Assembly: GCA_964016885.1 (NCBI GenBank)
Contig: OZ024745.1
Location: forward strand, 66,836,001 to 66,900,000
Length of the DNA: 64,000 bases
Reading direction: 5' to 3'
DNA from: Eledone cirrhosa
Lineage: Eukaryota
The notes under the pieces were generated by a model. That model had not been told where the DNA came from. It saw only the letters and a list, made by a program, of their open reading frames with translations, and did not search any database. This document shows, piece by piece, positions 1 through 13,975 of the stretch (positions within the stretch are counted from its first letter, which is position 1; each line of letters starts with the position of its first letter). A program made the position numbers and the translations under genes.

Positions 1-828
1 TCCGTAAATTATATTAGCTTGCAAAAAAATATATATAAAATATAGATTAATAAATAATAATAGTTTAATAGTACATAGACTATCATTAAACTTAAACTAT
101 ATATATTAGAATAATTAACTATTGAAGTAAATATAAATATAACCCTTCATTAAGTGAAATAAATTTTATGGGGGATAAATATAACCACATGTAGATTTTA
201 AAAAATAAATGAAAATATATATAAAAAATAACCAAGTTTTACATAAAGTAGAATTTTGAATTAATTTAGATGATAAATGAACAAAATATATTATATATTG
301 ATGTTGATATATGCATTTTTAATACATTTTAATACATATTTAATAGATATTTAATAAACATTAACGATAAAATGTTTAATGTTGCATTATAATGCTAATT
401 AGAATATCTTACCTTATAATAAAACATTAATGAGTTAAATTAAATTAAATTAATTTAAGCATATAAATTTGTAATGAACTTAAATATTCGATTGCCGTAG
501 AAATTAATCTATGCCTAATAATCTAGATATATTATAAACTTATAATTATCTAAAGCGTAATCCAATATAAGCGGCATTCAATGATAAATAATATGAATAA
601 TATTTGAATTTTTTGTCTAGGATTTGAATACAACGGGTTTTTTTTATTCTTTCCTTTTCTTTATCCTTTCCTTTCCCTTTTCTTCTTTTCTTTATTTCCC
701 TTCTTTTCTCTCCGCACCTTCCCTTTGAACTCCCCTTCGTTGCTTTACGTCTTCTTCTTCTCTAAGTTTATCATAATATTTGTGGTATATAAATGTTGAG
801 TGTTGGGGAAATAACTTACTGCCATAAC

Positions 829-1095
829 AGGAATTGAATATTCAAGTACCTTAGCGGTATGTCGTATAACCAATCTCTTATATATTTTATCTGATGAAAA
901 CGTACTGAAACACCATTGTATGTTTGAAATATGTATAATAAAATATATATAGTGTGGTTATGATAATTTTTCTCATTTATTAATATTTTGAATAATATTA
1001 TAGATATTCCAAATAAATATCTGTCGAGTGCTTCTAATCTATTGTAAAATTGAATTCGTTGAATAATCAACGAACCATATAAACTTTTGGTCATA
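829..1095 (+). mobile_element. ORF-less hammerhead-bearing repeat (family A), single arm ending at (TA)n
   Basis: Homologous to both arms of the fold-back at 63477-63900; contains the hammerhead at 879-949; 3' end abuts (TA)n at ~1094. Confidence 0.75.
879..949 (+). ncRNA. Type I hammerhead ribozyme motif (family A)
   Basis: tatatattttat-CTGATGA-aaacgtac..gtatgttt-GAAA-tatgta-TA-ataaaatatata: 12-bp stem I, 8-bp stem II, near-palindromic stem III. Confidence 0.8.
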
Positions 1096-1345
1096 TATAT
1101 ATATATAGTTGAAAATGAACAAACAAACACAGGATGCATTTGTACACAATTATATTATTATATTAGGTTCACGCACGCTTGGTGGAAGTGTGTTTGTGTG
1201 TGTGTTTGTATATATATATATATATATATATACAAACACACATATATGTATGTTGTGGGGGAAAGTGAGGGAGAAAGAAAGAGATGTATAGATAGATATA
1301 TAAATGTATAATACATACAGACAAACACATACAGACAAACACATG

Positions 1346-1427
1346 CATACATACATACGTACATACATACATACATACATACATACATACATACATACAT
1401 ACATACATACATACATACATACATACA

Positions 1428-1456
<29 letters not shown>
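1346..1456. repeat. (CATA)n microsatellite, target of the adjacent LINE
   Basis: Directly visible; resumes at 4512-4528 after the LINE. Confidence 0.95.
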
Positions 1457-1458
<2 letters not shown>

Positions 1459-4400
1459 GGAACGATATGTTTCAAGAGATACACAGCCTTAATGTGAGTG
1501 ACAGACCATACAACACCAGAATCAGTAAAGAACCCACTAAATTGGAATTGGAAGCGGTGAACGAAATAGCTGGCAATTATCTGAAGGCTATACGATCTAA
1601 AGGTGTAGAAACGACATTTGAAACGCTTAATGTTTTGTTATATGTTTCAGCTGTCACATTGCTATCATATAACACACATCTAAAACCACGCAATCAAGAT
1701 ACAAACAGAAAGCCTGAACCAGCATGGATGCGAAATTTAAAAACCAAACTTTTGTCCCTGAGACGAAGTATCTCACACATCGCAGTCGTTATGAAATGCA
1801 ACATAGAGAGCAACTTCACACGACACCAGGAAGACCTAAAGAAAAAGTTAGAGAGACGATTTGGAGATACAAAATTTAAAACTTTGAACTCCAAATTACA
1901 CCAGTTGAAACAACAACTCACAGCTACAACAGAAAGACTAAAATATAAGTCAACAGCACATAAACGACAAGTGCTAAATAGATTGTTTGCCAGAGATCCT
2001 AAATCAGTTTATCGCAGCTTCGGTGGCAAAAGCTCAATCCCTGTAAACGACACCCCTTCAAAAGAACAGGTTGAGAGCTACTGGAGATCTGTATGGGAAA
2101 CGGATGACGAATTCAACAGACAAGCTAATTGGCTAAAAGAACTGGAACAGGACTACTGCCAACATGTCCAGACAAAACAATATGACATAAATGGGTCAAT
2201 ACTGGAAACAGCTCTACAGAAAATGTCGAATAGGAAATCGCCAGGCCCAGACCTCATTACAGGATACTGGTTGAAGAATTTCACTTTCTATCGGCAAGAT
2301 CTCATACGGCTCTTTACAGAAACCATTAAAGGCACACAAGAACTGCCCAGATGGTTATCAACTGCCACTACTCTCCTCATTCCCCAAAATAGCCAAACCA
2401 CCCTTGCTAAAAATTACCGCCCAATTGCCTGCCAAAACATCATGTATAAATTATATACTGGGTGCCTTAACCTGTTCTTACAGGATCACTGGTGGAAAGA
2501 GGGAGGTGGGTGGTTGCATAGATCATCTACTAACTAACAAAATGATTCAGGAAAAAACAACAAAGAAGAATCGCAGAAACATGACTGTGGTGTGGCTGGA
2601 CTATCAAAAAGCATTTGATAGTGTACCTCATGGGTGGATTATTAAGGCTTTACAGTTAGCTAAAGTCCCACAACCATTGGTAGCTGCTGTTGAACGCCTG
2701 ACCAAGAACTGGTACACCAATTTGATCCTTAGAGGGAGGAGCAGGTTAAGACTGATAAGATACATTGCCAGAAGGGCATCTTTCAGGGTGATAGCTTGTC
2801 AGTGCTACTCTTCGTTCTCTCACTGAATCCACTATCTTACCTACTCAGGAAACAAGGTGGACAAAGAAGTGGGCCCAGAAGTATCTCCCATCTTTTCTTT
2901 GTTGATGACCTGAAGTTGTATGGGCCAAATATCAATGACATCAAGAAACAATTGGACCTCATTACACAATTTTCAACCGACATCAACATGAAATTTGGTG
3001 AGTCCAAGTGTGCATATTTGGCAGTAAAACGTGGAAGAGCTGTGCCCTCCTCTAGAAATCTCGAGATGAACGGCATGACAATACAACCTCTGCAGTCAGG
3101 TGACAACTACAGATATCTTGGACAGGATGAGAATGTCAGATATGATGGACCCATAAATAAGGAGAGAACCAGAACTGAATACCTCAGAAGAGTAAAGAAA
3201 ATATGGTCATCAGAACTGTCAGCATACAACAAATACATTGCCCACAATACTTATGCTGTGCCAATTCTAACGCCAACATTTGGCCTGCTGAACTGGTCAT
3301 TGCAAGAACTAAGTGAGATGGATGTTAGAACTCGAAAACTTCTCAGTGTTACTGGGAACTTTAACATCAATGGTGATGTGGTTAGGCTATACTTCTCACG
3401 CAAGGTAGGTGACCGGGGTCTAAAATCAATATTAACAACATATGAGACCCGGATAGTAACACTGAAGCAACACCTTCAACAGAGGAAAAAGGTTGGCAAC
3501 CATCTTGCCAGGTTTATGAGCATGAAAAAAAAATATCATTAGAATAGCGACTGATCTGGAGGAGAGATATGGAATAAAGCCTGATATAAATCTCTCACCC
3601 ACAGAAATCGGAAGATCCTATTCAATGTTCAAACAAGATAAAACAATTGACCAATTTACAGAAAAAGTTGTGCATGGATACTTGAGGCGTAAAACACAGA
3701 CCATAAAGGGGATAAACCACTCAAAAAGCCTGGCATGGAGTTCCGACAAGTTTATGACATCACACCTTGAGGGATATCTCTATTCAATACAGGAACAAGA
3801 ACTCCCTACCAAATATCTGCTGCACAAAAGAGGAGGGCCAGCAGCTGACAATAAATGTAGGCTATGTAAAATAAAGATCGAGGATGTAAGCCACATTGTT
3901 GCCAGCTGCGAAAGAATGTCATCTCGCTACTATCTCCCCATGAGACACGATGGGATAGCTAGAACCATCTGGAACGCACTTCGGAAAACAAAATTAACAA
4001 CAAACGAGGAAGAATATATTGAGACAGATGGCACTAAGGAATACTGGTGGAACCTGAAAATAAAAACTGCCACCAAATTAAAGCACAACCGGCCTGATAT
4101 TGTTGTTTGGGACCATACATTGAAAACGTGTTCTGTTGTGGAGATCAGCTGCCCACTTGATGTAAACGTTGTCAGAAAAATACAGGAGAAGGAGGACATC
4201 TACGGACCATTGATGAGGAGTTTACAAATCCAGTATCCAAGATACACCTTTAGCTTCATACCCATCATTATTGGAGCTACGGGTTATATACCAACCCGCT
4301 TGGACCAAAGTATGACTGAACTTGGATTTGCGGACAAAAAGCGCAGCTCCCTAATTCATAGTCTACAAATGACTGCGATAGCTGGCACCTTCAAAATTTG

Positions 4401-4511
4401 CAAAACATTCTAGCGATTCAAAGGATGACAATTTTTTTTCTTTTACAACCTTGCCACCAGGAAGGTGGCCGGTCAAAAAAAATATACTCGAAATTAAGAG
4501 AAAGAGATAAC
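1457..4511 (+). mobile_element. R4/Dong-like non-LTR retrotransposon (RT + restriction-like endonuclease), 5'-truncated and frameshifted
   Basis: ORFs 1467-2537, 2404-2826, 2796-3542, 3625-4413 carry KSPGPD, NYRPIAC, WLDYQKAFDSVPH, FQGD, LFFVDDLKLY, YRYLG, CRLC..HIVASC, RHD, RPDIVVWD, EISCP; 3'UTR hairpin gccacc/ggtggc at 4453-4469. Confidence 0.93.
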
Positions 4512-4989
4512 ATACATACATACATACATGATGGTTGTCCCCTCGTTATCGAGTATGCCCATTGCACTATATACCATTATTAATAAATATTAATTCTATC
4601 GTGCAATGCCTGTGCGTGAAGATATTTTTTTAAAGTGAGGAAAGACTGTGCACTGAACCAATACCACTCTCTGAGCGACAGTAGCTATAACCCGAAAAGA
4701 AGAAAAGATCAACATCATCGGTTACTACTGAGCCGCAGGTTTTATATCGGAGTTATCCCAGTTTCCTCAGTTGCCTTCTCCCAGAAGAATGTCCTGACAA
4801 AGGCTAGGGGTCCTTCACTCACTGTTGTTTAACCGCGTGGTACATGTGTATATACATAATTACACACTTTAGGATGGCGGTTGACTCTTAGGAGTTCTTC
4901 CGCCCTTTGCTTTTTGTCCTGCAGGGTGTCCAAAATCACCCTCCTCACCAAGTAACTTGTGGGGTTGCCGGTTTAGTCGCCAAGTAAAC

Positions 4990-5023
4990 AGAGAGAGAGA
5001 GAGAAAGAGAGAGAGAGAATGAG

Positions 5024-5083
<60 letters not shown>
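4990..5083. repeat. (GA)n microsatellite
   Basis: Directly visible. Confidence 0.95.
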
Positions 5084-5086
<3 letters not shown>

Positions 5087-6189
5087 CATATATATACTTA
5101 AATGCATACACACATACATACATGAATACATATATACATATTTATGCGTGGGTGTGAACGTATGTGTGTCGATTTCATTTTATACAAACAAGCAAACTTA
5201 CTACCTTACAATCTCTATGTCTATATCTCGTTCTATTACGCCCCCACTCACACACGCACTGACATTTACATTCACATATTCTCAGACACATAACTTCCTT
5301 AATAAATCTGTACAAAATTTAAAATACATGCATGCCATTTCTCTATCAATAATGTGTCTCATATTAAGAATGTGGAGTAATAGGTTACATTATATATTGA
5401 TTTTGAAATGAGCACAAGGCCATACATTTGTCGGGAAGGTTAGAGTCGATTACATCGATCCTGTAGTGACGAAAACAAAACAAATCAGGACGTAACTAAA
5501 TACTGTAGTACTACTTCTTCTGATAAACCACCTTTTTCATGGGATGTACCATACATTACGAGGCGGCAAATTGACAATGTCGGATAGAATGATTTTCTAT
5601 AGTCATTCAGGTTCTCCGCGTTCTGTTTACAAAACCTGCCGAGATCAACTTTGCCTGTTATTTTTTCGCTATCCCTCTCCCAATTTCTCTCTGTCCCAAT
5701 CTCTTTCCCCTTTCTCTCTCCCTCTCTCTCGCCCTCTCTCTCTCTCTCTCCCTCTCTCTCTCTTTCTCTGATCGAAATTGCTGTGTTAACAACGAGAGAG
5801 TGGATGAGCTCGACCAGGTTTAACATGACCAAGTCACTACAGGGTCTTATGTTTCCATTAGAAGTTACGACCGTATCATCAACCGTGCCTACCACATGAG
5901 TTTAATATATGCGCTTACCAAAGTCATTATATGTCGCATACATAACACCGACATAATAGAAACGTATAGAATATGTTACTGCATTTACCCGAAGAGTTTG
6001 AATTAGAATGAAATAAAGTGATTATGTTTCACGTAGCAGGATTTAAAGCATAGAATATTAATAAGTCCTAATTCTAAATTGCAAAAATACTATGCACTTA
6101 ACACGGTCTCTTGTTTTGAGCTGAAACATGTGTGAGTTGTTCATAATTCACACACGCAAAAAAAAAAACTGTAAGTACATATATATGCC

Positions 6190-6500
6190 TCATCATCATC
6201 ATCATCGATTTTACGTTTTTCGACGCTTGCATGAATTGGACGGATCTTTTTTCAGCACAACATCTCTCCATTCACTGCGTTCCTTCGCCATGGCCTCTGT
6301 GAGTTTCAGTGATTTGAGATCAGCTCTTACCACTTTCACCTAGATCTTCCATGGTCTAACTCTACGAAGGTTTCCCTCCCCAGGAATTTCCTAGCACTTC
6401 ACGACTCAGTGATCATTATCCATGCGCATCACATGTACGTAGCACCGTAGTCTTGCACACCATTTCTGATTCCTCTTAAGGCCAGTTCCCTCTCAATTCA
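6190..6500 (-). mobile_element. RTE-type LINE 3' end remnant with (ATG)n tail
   Basis: Minus strand gives degenerate HVMRMD...KVVRADLKSLKLTEAMAKERSEWR, followed by the short repeat tail. Confidence 0.65.
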
Positions 6501-6590
6501 ACGAAGTTATGCCTTTCTATCACATTTAATTGACAGTTATAGTTTGGTCCTCAGTATTATGTGGCTAACTGACCACACTCTTTTCCCCTA

Positions 6591-7039
6591 TCTAAACTAT
6601 AATAAAGTAAGGAGTGCGGGACTGCGTACGGTTTATTTCTTTTAATCCAGTTAGTAAAATAAGTTGGATTACTTTGAATAAATAATGAATGAATATTACA
6701 TAATTTATCTACTAAATTTTGTAGCTGTTGATTAAATATATTTTATTGCTTATTTAAAGATTCACTTCTTTAAAATTTTCAAATGTCAACACTTCCGGTT
6801 CGCGATCGCTTAAATAAACGTTCATATATTTCCGTCACTAATTCTCTCCTAATGCAATTTATGTATAATATCGTCTTTTTTTAATGTATCATGGATTACG
6901 TTACTGATTACATAAGAGAGTGTAACACAGTCTTCGTTCAAATTCTGTGTATATTGTCAATTACGATTTTATTTGATGTATCATAACTACATGTATATAT
7001 ACTTGCGTATAATATCAGTATGGACACTACACATGCTAG
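6591..7039 (+). mobile_element. Non-autonomous Helitron, copy 1 (3' hairpin deleted)
   Basis: A|TC...CTAG|T junctions; reverse-complement homologue of 37433-37909. Confidence 0.75.
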
Positions 7040-7530
7040 TTCTCCTAATGCACCGCTTGCATTTTGAACTCGAAGATGTATTTCTGCATCATCTAAACTC
7101 CCGTCATTTGACAGAGTACTACCCATAGATAAGAAGAATTATCCACCAGCGCAAACCTAGTCCCATTCATATATATAATTGACACAACATAAAGTTGCAC
7201 ATGCCCTTGATTGTAAGCTTACAGAAATTCCTCGTGTACGACGCGTGTGTAACAAAATCAGCATAATTAGCATATAAACGTTCTCGAATCAACACATTGA
7301 ATGTCACAGATATGTTAATCGATTAAAGTTGTTTGAAGATCTGCAAAAATTCTGTAAACAGCCTAATTTACTAAGAATGATCCGTAAAGCATCTCTATTG
7401 AATGTATCAAAAGGCTTAGGCAAGTAGATAAAAATTTGATACAAAGGCATGTGCTGTTCTATGCATTTTTCCTGCAGCTCTCTAGCCGAGATAATATTTC
7501 CCTTCTTGCTCTGAAACCAGATTGAGTTCG
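7040..7530 (-). mobile_element. RTE/BovB-like LINE RT remnant
   Basis: ARELQEKCIEQHMPLYQIFIYLPKPFDTFNRDAL and GSTLSNDGSLDDAEIHLRVQNASGALGEL. Confidence 0.75.
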
Positions 7531-7624
7531 GAAAACAAATAAGACATTATGTTTATGATGAAACATTCTTGATCAATTATGTCTTTGATGAAGCCTGACA
7601 GGGAACTAAATAATGGTTTCTGAT

Positions 7625-7797
7625 TTGGTTTTCGATTAAAACTTCTACAGTTCGTTACTGGTATTTTAATTTATCGGTCCCGTAAGGATGAAATGCAAAG
7701 ATAAACTCGGCGTGATTTGAACCCAGAATCTAAACGGCCGTACATAAAGCCCGCAAAGCATATTGTGCGACGCTCTACTGATATTGCCAATCCCCCA
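7625..7797 (-). mobile_element. tRNA-derived SINE (main family), degenerate
   Basis: Reverse complement of the ttggcagtatcggtagag...tttcatccttacggggtcgataaa consensus. Confidence 0.75.
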
Positions 7798-7926
7798 TGC
7801 AGAGAACTGAATAATAACAACAGCCAATGCCTATTGTTATAGCCACGGGCCTATGATGTACATTCTTTGTCACACGATGTAATAGAAATCGCAACAAATG
7901 TTAATTAATGAGTCAGCCTAAAAGCA

Positions 7927-8084
7927 TGGCAACGAAAACGACACATCATGTAACCATATATATCTGGCAACGAAAACGACACACCATATAGCGATATATA
8001 CCTGGCAATGAAGTCGACACGGGACCATGTAGCCATATATATACCTAGCAACAAAAGCGACACACCATGTAGCCATATATACAT
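7927..8084. repeat. Minisatellite, 4 units of ~38-43 bp
   Basis: tggcaacgaaaacgacacaccatgtagccatatata(t/c)c repeated four times with variation. Confidence 0.85.
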
Positions 8085-8801
8085 CTATGAAGATAGGATA
8101 GTCAAGGCTCGCATCGTAAACCAGCTAGAACATGATTAACCCGAAGGTGCTGAATAGCAGCTTAATTAAAATACACCTTTATTCAAATCCCCTGAAACCA
8201 AATACTGCATCTGTAAAAATGAAATGACACATTAGCCAATTGAGCCCTATATATATATACACTGGTTGAATAGTATGGCCATCGCACGAACACCTTCGTT
8301 TTAAATATTGCTGACACGAAAATTATTGATTTTACTTTCTGAATGGCTTTATGAGACGCATTACCAACGTGTAGAGTTAAATAACCAGCAAGATTTTACG
8401 TTCCATCTTCTTAGAAATGTTTCAAAAAATCTGTGTCGGTGAATTAGAATGAAGATTCCCATATTTTTACCTATTTGAGAGGAATTGTTTTTAGAGTTGG
8501 AGTGAAAGTCAGCCTTAAGCACCTATTTGGCTAATTTCTGTTATACAACTCTCTGAAATCTGATCATTGAAAGCTTTCTAAACAGTTGATATACATACAA
8601 TCAAATTAAATAACGTTGTGTGATGTATTGGGTAATTATTAATTTAACCAACACAAGAAAGACTCGCATAACGTAATTATGAAATTCTTTAGTGTTAATA
8701 AACGATGAAGCATGAATTTGAACTGATCAAGCAATACCCACTTTTCCTTGAGCATAGATATGAAATTTGGTGGTGAATCATAATGCAATAAATAACGGTG
8801 T

Positions 8802-8803
8802 AT

Positions 8804-8855
<52 letters not shown>

Positions 8856-8889
8856 TATACATATATATATATGCGTGCGCGTGTGTCTG

Positions 8890-8920
<31 letters not shown>

Positions 8921-8922
8921 GC

Positions 8923-8983
<61 letters not shown>

Positions 8984-9142
8984 TGTATGTGTATATACAT
9001 GTGTATCTCTATATGTATATATATATATATACATATGTATATACGTATACATGCGTATATATATATACATATGTATATATATATATCTATACATATGTAC
9101 ATATATATATATATACATATGTATATATATATATATATATAT

Positions 9143-9207
<65 letters not shown>
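8802..9207. repeat. Compound (TA)n/(TG)n microsatellite
   Basis: Directly visible. Confidence 0.95.
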
Positions 9208-9214
<7 letters not shown>

Positions 9215-10122
9215 CAATCTGTATTGTGTACATTGCTAAGTTATCCCTATCATAATACCACAACTGTTATTACACAATAGATTACGATGGCATTTTGTAT
9301 GGAGATGGTTGCAATATTTTCACATGATTAGATAATGATTGTATAAAACTATAAAAAGAAATATGAGCTTTGATGGTAACACATAGAAAGAACATTACAT
9401 GTACCCTCAAGAAACGTAGACATATATCACTTTGCAAATTGTATATTATTCCACAGTCAAAGGAAAAGTCCATACTTGCAAATATGATATCTAATATTGA
9501 TTTGTTTCTACGCACATATCGATTAAATTAATTACAATTATCACTATGTAAACTCAAAACATTACGTACCAAATTAAATATATTTAAAGCACACTTTCAG
9601 TATTGACAAATTATCAAATTATGTATGACGAAATACATCATATTCCGGATCAACAACACGTACGCTATACTAATAACAAATATAGTTGCAATACATCGAA
9701 ATTTATTAGCCATGTAAAATTTGAATTTCTTTTGGAAGAACCAATATTTATCGAAGCGGTAAATATTCTACATAATGAATTTATGATTTATAAATATTAA
9801 ACAAAAATATTCCTTCGCAGCTATATTTCATACATAATGTTATCAATAAGAGCAACACACACAGAGAAAGACAGTTTAAATCAACTTATAAAAGCTATCT
9901 CTCTCTCTCTATCACCCATCTCTCCTCCTATCTCATCCTTCCTCATTATACTCCTCCCTCTCCACTTTTTACTCTCATCTCCTCCTCTTTTTCATCACCC
10001 CCCCCCTCAAAATAAAATATTTTTTCCCAATATCACACATCAATCTAAAACTACTTTTCATATGTTGATTTAAAACTGCACTATCCACAAGTGTTTTTTA
10101 ACCTTCATATCATGTCTTCCTG

Positions 10123-10189
10123 TTTTATCTGATGAAAACACAAATATTATTGCATGATGATATTTGTTTTTGAAATGCGCATAATAAAA
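10123..10189 (+). ncRNA. Type I hammerhead ribozyme (family B, copy 1)
   Basis: ttttat-CTGATGA-[16-bp stem II with one mismatch, GCAT loop]-GAAA-tgcgca-TA-ataaaa. Confidence 0.88.
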
Positions 10190-10320
10190 TACATGGAACT
10201 CTTTTAACCATCTTTTGTTCTTATATATTATGTATACTCCAGTCCTACAAACTGTAGAGTGCTTCTTATCCGATATCTGCATTGCTTTATTGTACCGCAA
10301 TAAAACTCACCTCCTACATA

Positions 10321-10413
<93 letters not shown>

Positions 10414-10460
10414 ATTTATATATATATTTATATATATATATTTATATATATTTATATATT

Positions 10461-10492
<32 letters not shown>

Positions 10493-10510
10493 TATATATA
10501 TTTATATATT

Positions 10511-10541
<31 letters not shown>

Positions 10542-10554
10542 ATTTATATATATA

Positions 10555-10599
<45 letters not shown>

Positions 10600-10628
10600 A
10601 TTTATATATATATATATTTATATATATA

Positions 10629-10720
<92 letters not shown>

Positions 10721-10751
10721 TATATATATTTATATATAAATGTATATAAAT

Positions 10752-10808
<57 letters not shown>

Positions 10809-10811
10809 AAT

Positions 10812-10842
<31 letters not shown>

Positions 10843-10954
10843 AATATATATATATATAAATATATATATATATAAATATATATATATATAAATATGTAAA
10901 TATATATAAATATATATATATATATAAATATATATATAAATATATATATATATA

Positions 10955-10992
<38 letters not shown>

Positions 10993-10996
10993 AATG

Positions 10997-11121
<125 letters not shown>

Positions 11122-11273
11122 GTATATATATATATATAAATATATGTAGGAGGTGAGTTTTATTGTAGTACAATAAAGCAATGCAGATATCGGAAAAGAA
11201 GCACTCTACAGTTTGTAGGACTGGTGTATACATAATATATAAGAACAAAAGATGGTTAAAAGAGTTCCATGTA

Positions 11274-11340
11274 TTTTATCATGCGCATTTCAAAAACAAA
11301 TATCATCATGCAATAATATTTGTGTTTTCATCAGATAAAA
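11274..11340 (-). ncRNA. Hammerhead ribozyme (family B, copy 2), cleavage site mutated to AUG
   Basis: Same motif on the minus strand but GAAA-tgcgca-TG; G at position 17 is expected to block cleavage. Confidence 0.75.
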
Positions 11341-11593
11341 CAGAAAGACATGATATGAAGGTTAAAAAACACTTGTGGATAGTGCAGTTTTAAATCAACA
11401 TATGAAAAGTAGTTTTAGATTGATGTGTGATATTGGGAAAAAATATTTTATTTTGAGGGGGGGGGGTGCTGAAAAAGAGGAGGAGATGAGGGTAAAAAGT
11501 GGAGAGGGAGGAGTATAATGAGGACGGATGAGATAGGAGGAGAGATGTGTGATAGAGAGAGAGAGATAGCTTTTATAAGTTGATTTAAAACTG

Positions 11594-11770
11594 CATATGT
11601 TGATTTAAAACTGCACTATCCACAAGTGTTTTTTAACCTTAATATCATGTCTTCCTCTTTTATCTGATGAAAACACAAATATTATTGCATGATGATATTT
11701 GTTTTTGAAATGCGCATAATAAAATACATGGAACTCTTTTAACCATCTTTTGTTCTTATATATTATATAT
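11594..11770 (+). mobile_element. Short third arm of family B, completing the outward-facing fold-back 11146-11770
   Basis: Direct copy of 10059-10232 fused to the end of the minus arm; runs into (TA)n. Confidence 0.85.
11658..11724 (+). ncRNA. Hammerhead ribozyme (family B, copy 3)
   Basis: Same core as 10123-10189. Confidence 0.88.
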
Positions 11771-11802
11771 AAATATATATATATATATAAATATATATAT
11801 AA

Positions 11803-11861
11803 GGGCGGTGCCCCAGCATGGCCTCAGCCGGATGGCTGAAACAGGTAAAAGAGTAAAAGAG
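11803..11861 (+). mobile_element. SINE 3' tail fragment
   Basis: gggcggtgccccagcatggcc...gctgaaacaggtaaaagagtaaaagag resembles the tail of abundant octopus SINEs (from recall). Confidence 0.65.
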
Positions 11862-11936
<75 letters not shown>

Positions 11937-13761
11937 AGTTTTGTTAGTGTGTTTACGTGTGTGCGTATTTGTGCATATTTGCTTTTAAAACAATGGAATG
12001 TTTTCAAAAGGAGATCTATGAATGATCCTTATAGGTTATTGTCTATATTAACTTTCGGGTGAAGATAAGTTGAGTGTCAAATAATTACATGCCATGAATT
12101 TCGATGTTCATTGTTTCCTAATACCCAAATCTGTGTACAATTATTCTTAAACATCGATGTTACTTCTCAATACAAACAAATTCTTCACTCGCTGAAGATT
12201 ATTGACGTTACATCAGATTACAAAAGCTGAATTAATGTTCTATTCTCTATACAAAGAAATGCTTGACGTGCTAAAGACTGGTGACTTTATGTCAGATAAC
12301 AAGAACCAGAATTAATGTTTGAAACAGAACGTTATATGTAATATTATTTATTCATGAACATTGTCGTATTGATGATTCGTAATTGCTTTTATACAACATA
12401 TTAGCGCTTTGCATGTATTATTTTTCAAACAACGAAATACTTAAATTCCTAGATCATATTATTCTTTTATATAAACTTTCCATTAGAATCACCTCTACTC
12501 ACATTCGATTTTGTAAATCATAAGAACGTTTGTCTTCATATTCTAAAACAGACTTCTAATTGCATTCTCTTCCTGGGAATTCATTTAGTAATGCTAATAA
12601 TTTTATCTGAATCTGTGGACTATATCATATTTACTGGAAGACTGTAATATATTTAATGCATTAATCATGTGTTGGAAGTTTGGAATGTTAAAGTATTAAT
12701 TGATAATATTGTTATCTTATAGTAGTTATTGGAGTGGTAGTATTAATCTTTAGTGATGGATGCATATAAATATAAACATAAATGTTCTCCATGCAGTATA
12801 TTAAAGGGTTGCATTTCAGGTGTCCCCTTTATGTGTGAGAGGATGAGAAAGAAATCCTCCTACCTTCCTTGTCATTTCATTAAAGAAAGATCTCTCGGAC
12901 ATATCTCGGACATTTAGGATTGTGTAAAAGGCGATATGTAGAACACGAAACCACTGACAATTAGGTGATAGTTCAATAGAGCAACCACTCTTTTATTTTA
13001 AGAGTGTAAATACTACACAGAAAATCGAAGGAATATGAATTATTTATTATGTGATATTTTATTAGTAATTAGGTATTCTTCCTGTAACAATAAACCAGAT
13101 CAAACATTGTCTAAACTAAAAAAAATAGAAAGAATGCAAGAAGTAAGTAATCTAAGGCGAGAAGCCATAACCTTTTCAAAGTCCGTTTGTAATAAATATG
13201 AACATAGCAATTAATTCCACGGGGCTATTAACCATTATCATTGGCAAAATGTGGCAGCCATTTGACAGCTTCCAAGATGGAGGAATGATTTTCACGGACA
13301 GTATTGCAATGAAGATTTGTAGATTTAATACGGACAATTAGCTAACTCAATTTAAAGTATTATTCTAAAATCATATATTATTTCTCATTATGCTCGCTTC
13401 ATCCATTAACGAATCGGTTAAAGCTGATATGTGATTTAATATTTCTTACTGTGGCAAAGTCAAAATGTTCGGGTAAGAAACGTTTTGGAATCACACTCCG
13501 TTTACAGTTGTTGCTGTTCAATTGAATATCCATTGGATATACCAACGAAAAAATACATTAACACATATAAAGATAAGTAATGTAAATGGTACACATACAA
13601 AATATACAAACAATAGCTCAGTTGAGTTTAACTATTATATTTGAAGTCAAGAAATATCTAATGTACCATTCATTGAATACACTGTCTTATTTATTATATT
13701 AAATATCATACGCAAACAAACATTCTCCAACCGTGATAGCCAAACATTTCTCCATCGCTAT

Positions 13762-13803
13762 TGACGTTTGAAAATCATGACACTTGTGAAACCGGTAAAG
13801 TCA
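13762..13803 (+). ncRNA. Degenerate hammerhead motif (family C)
   Basis: tgacgt-TTGAAAA-..-GAAA-ccgg-TA-aagtca; two core substitutions; ~105 nt upstream of (TA)n like the other families. Confidence 0.45.
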
Positions 13804-13910
13804 TAAATTATTGTAAATAAACCCCCTTAAAAACTCCAATTGTATTTTTAACTTCTTTTTCCTATACTTTTACCGTTGTAGGACATATTAAAAAACTTTA
13901 CTTTAGAATA

Positions 13911-13974
<64 letters not shown>

Positions 13975-13975
<1 letters not shown>

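Noticed and set aside
1-620. Mitochondrial insertion (NUMT)
   Set aside because: Very AT-rich but no recognisable mitochondrial gene, tRNA or rRNA motif
4640-4990. Structured GC-richer segments as ribozymes
   Set aside because: Resemble LINE 5'UTR fragments on the minus strand; no complete catalytic fold could be drawn
7927-8084. CRISPR-like array
   Set aside because: No unique spacers, no cas genes, eukaryotic context
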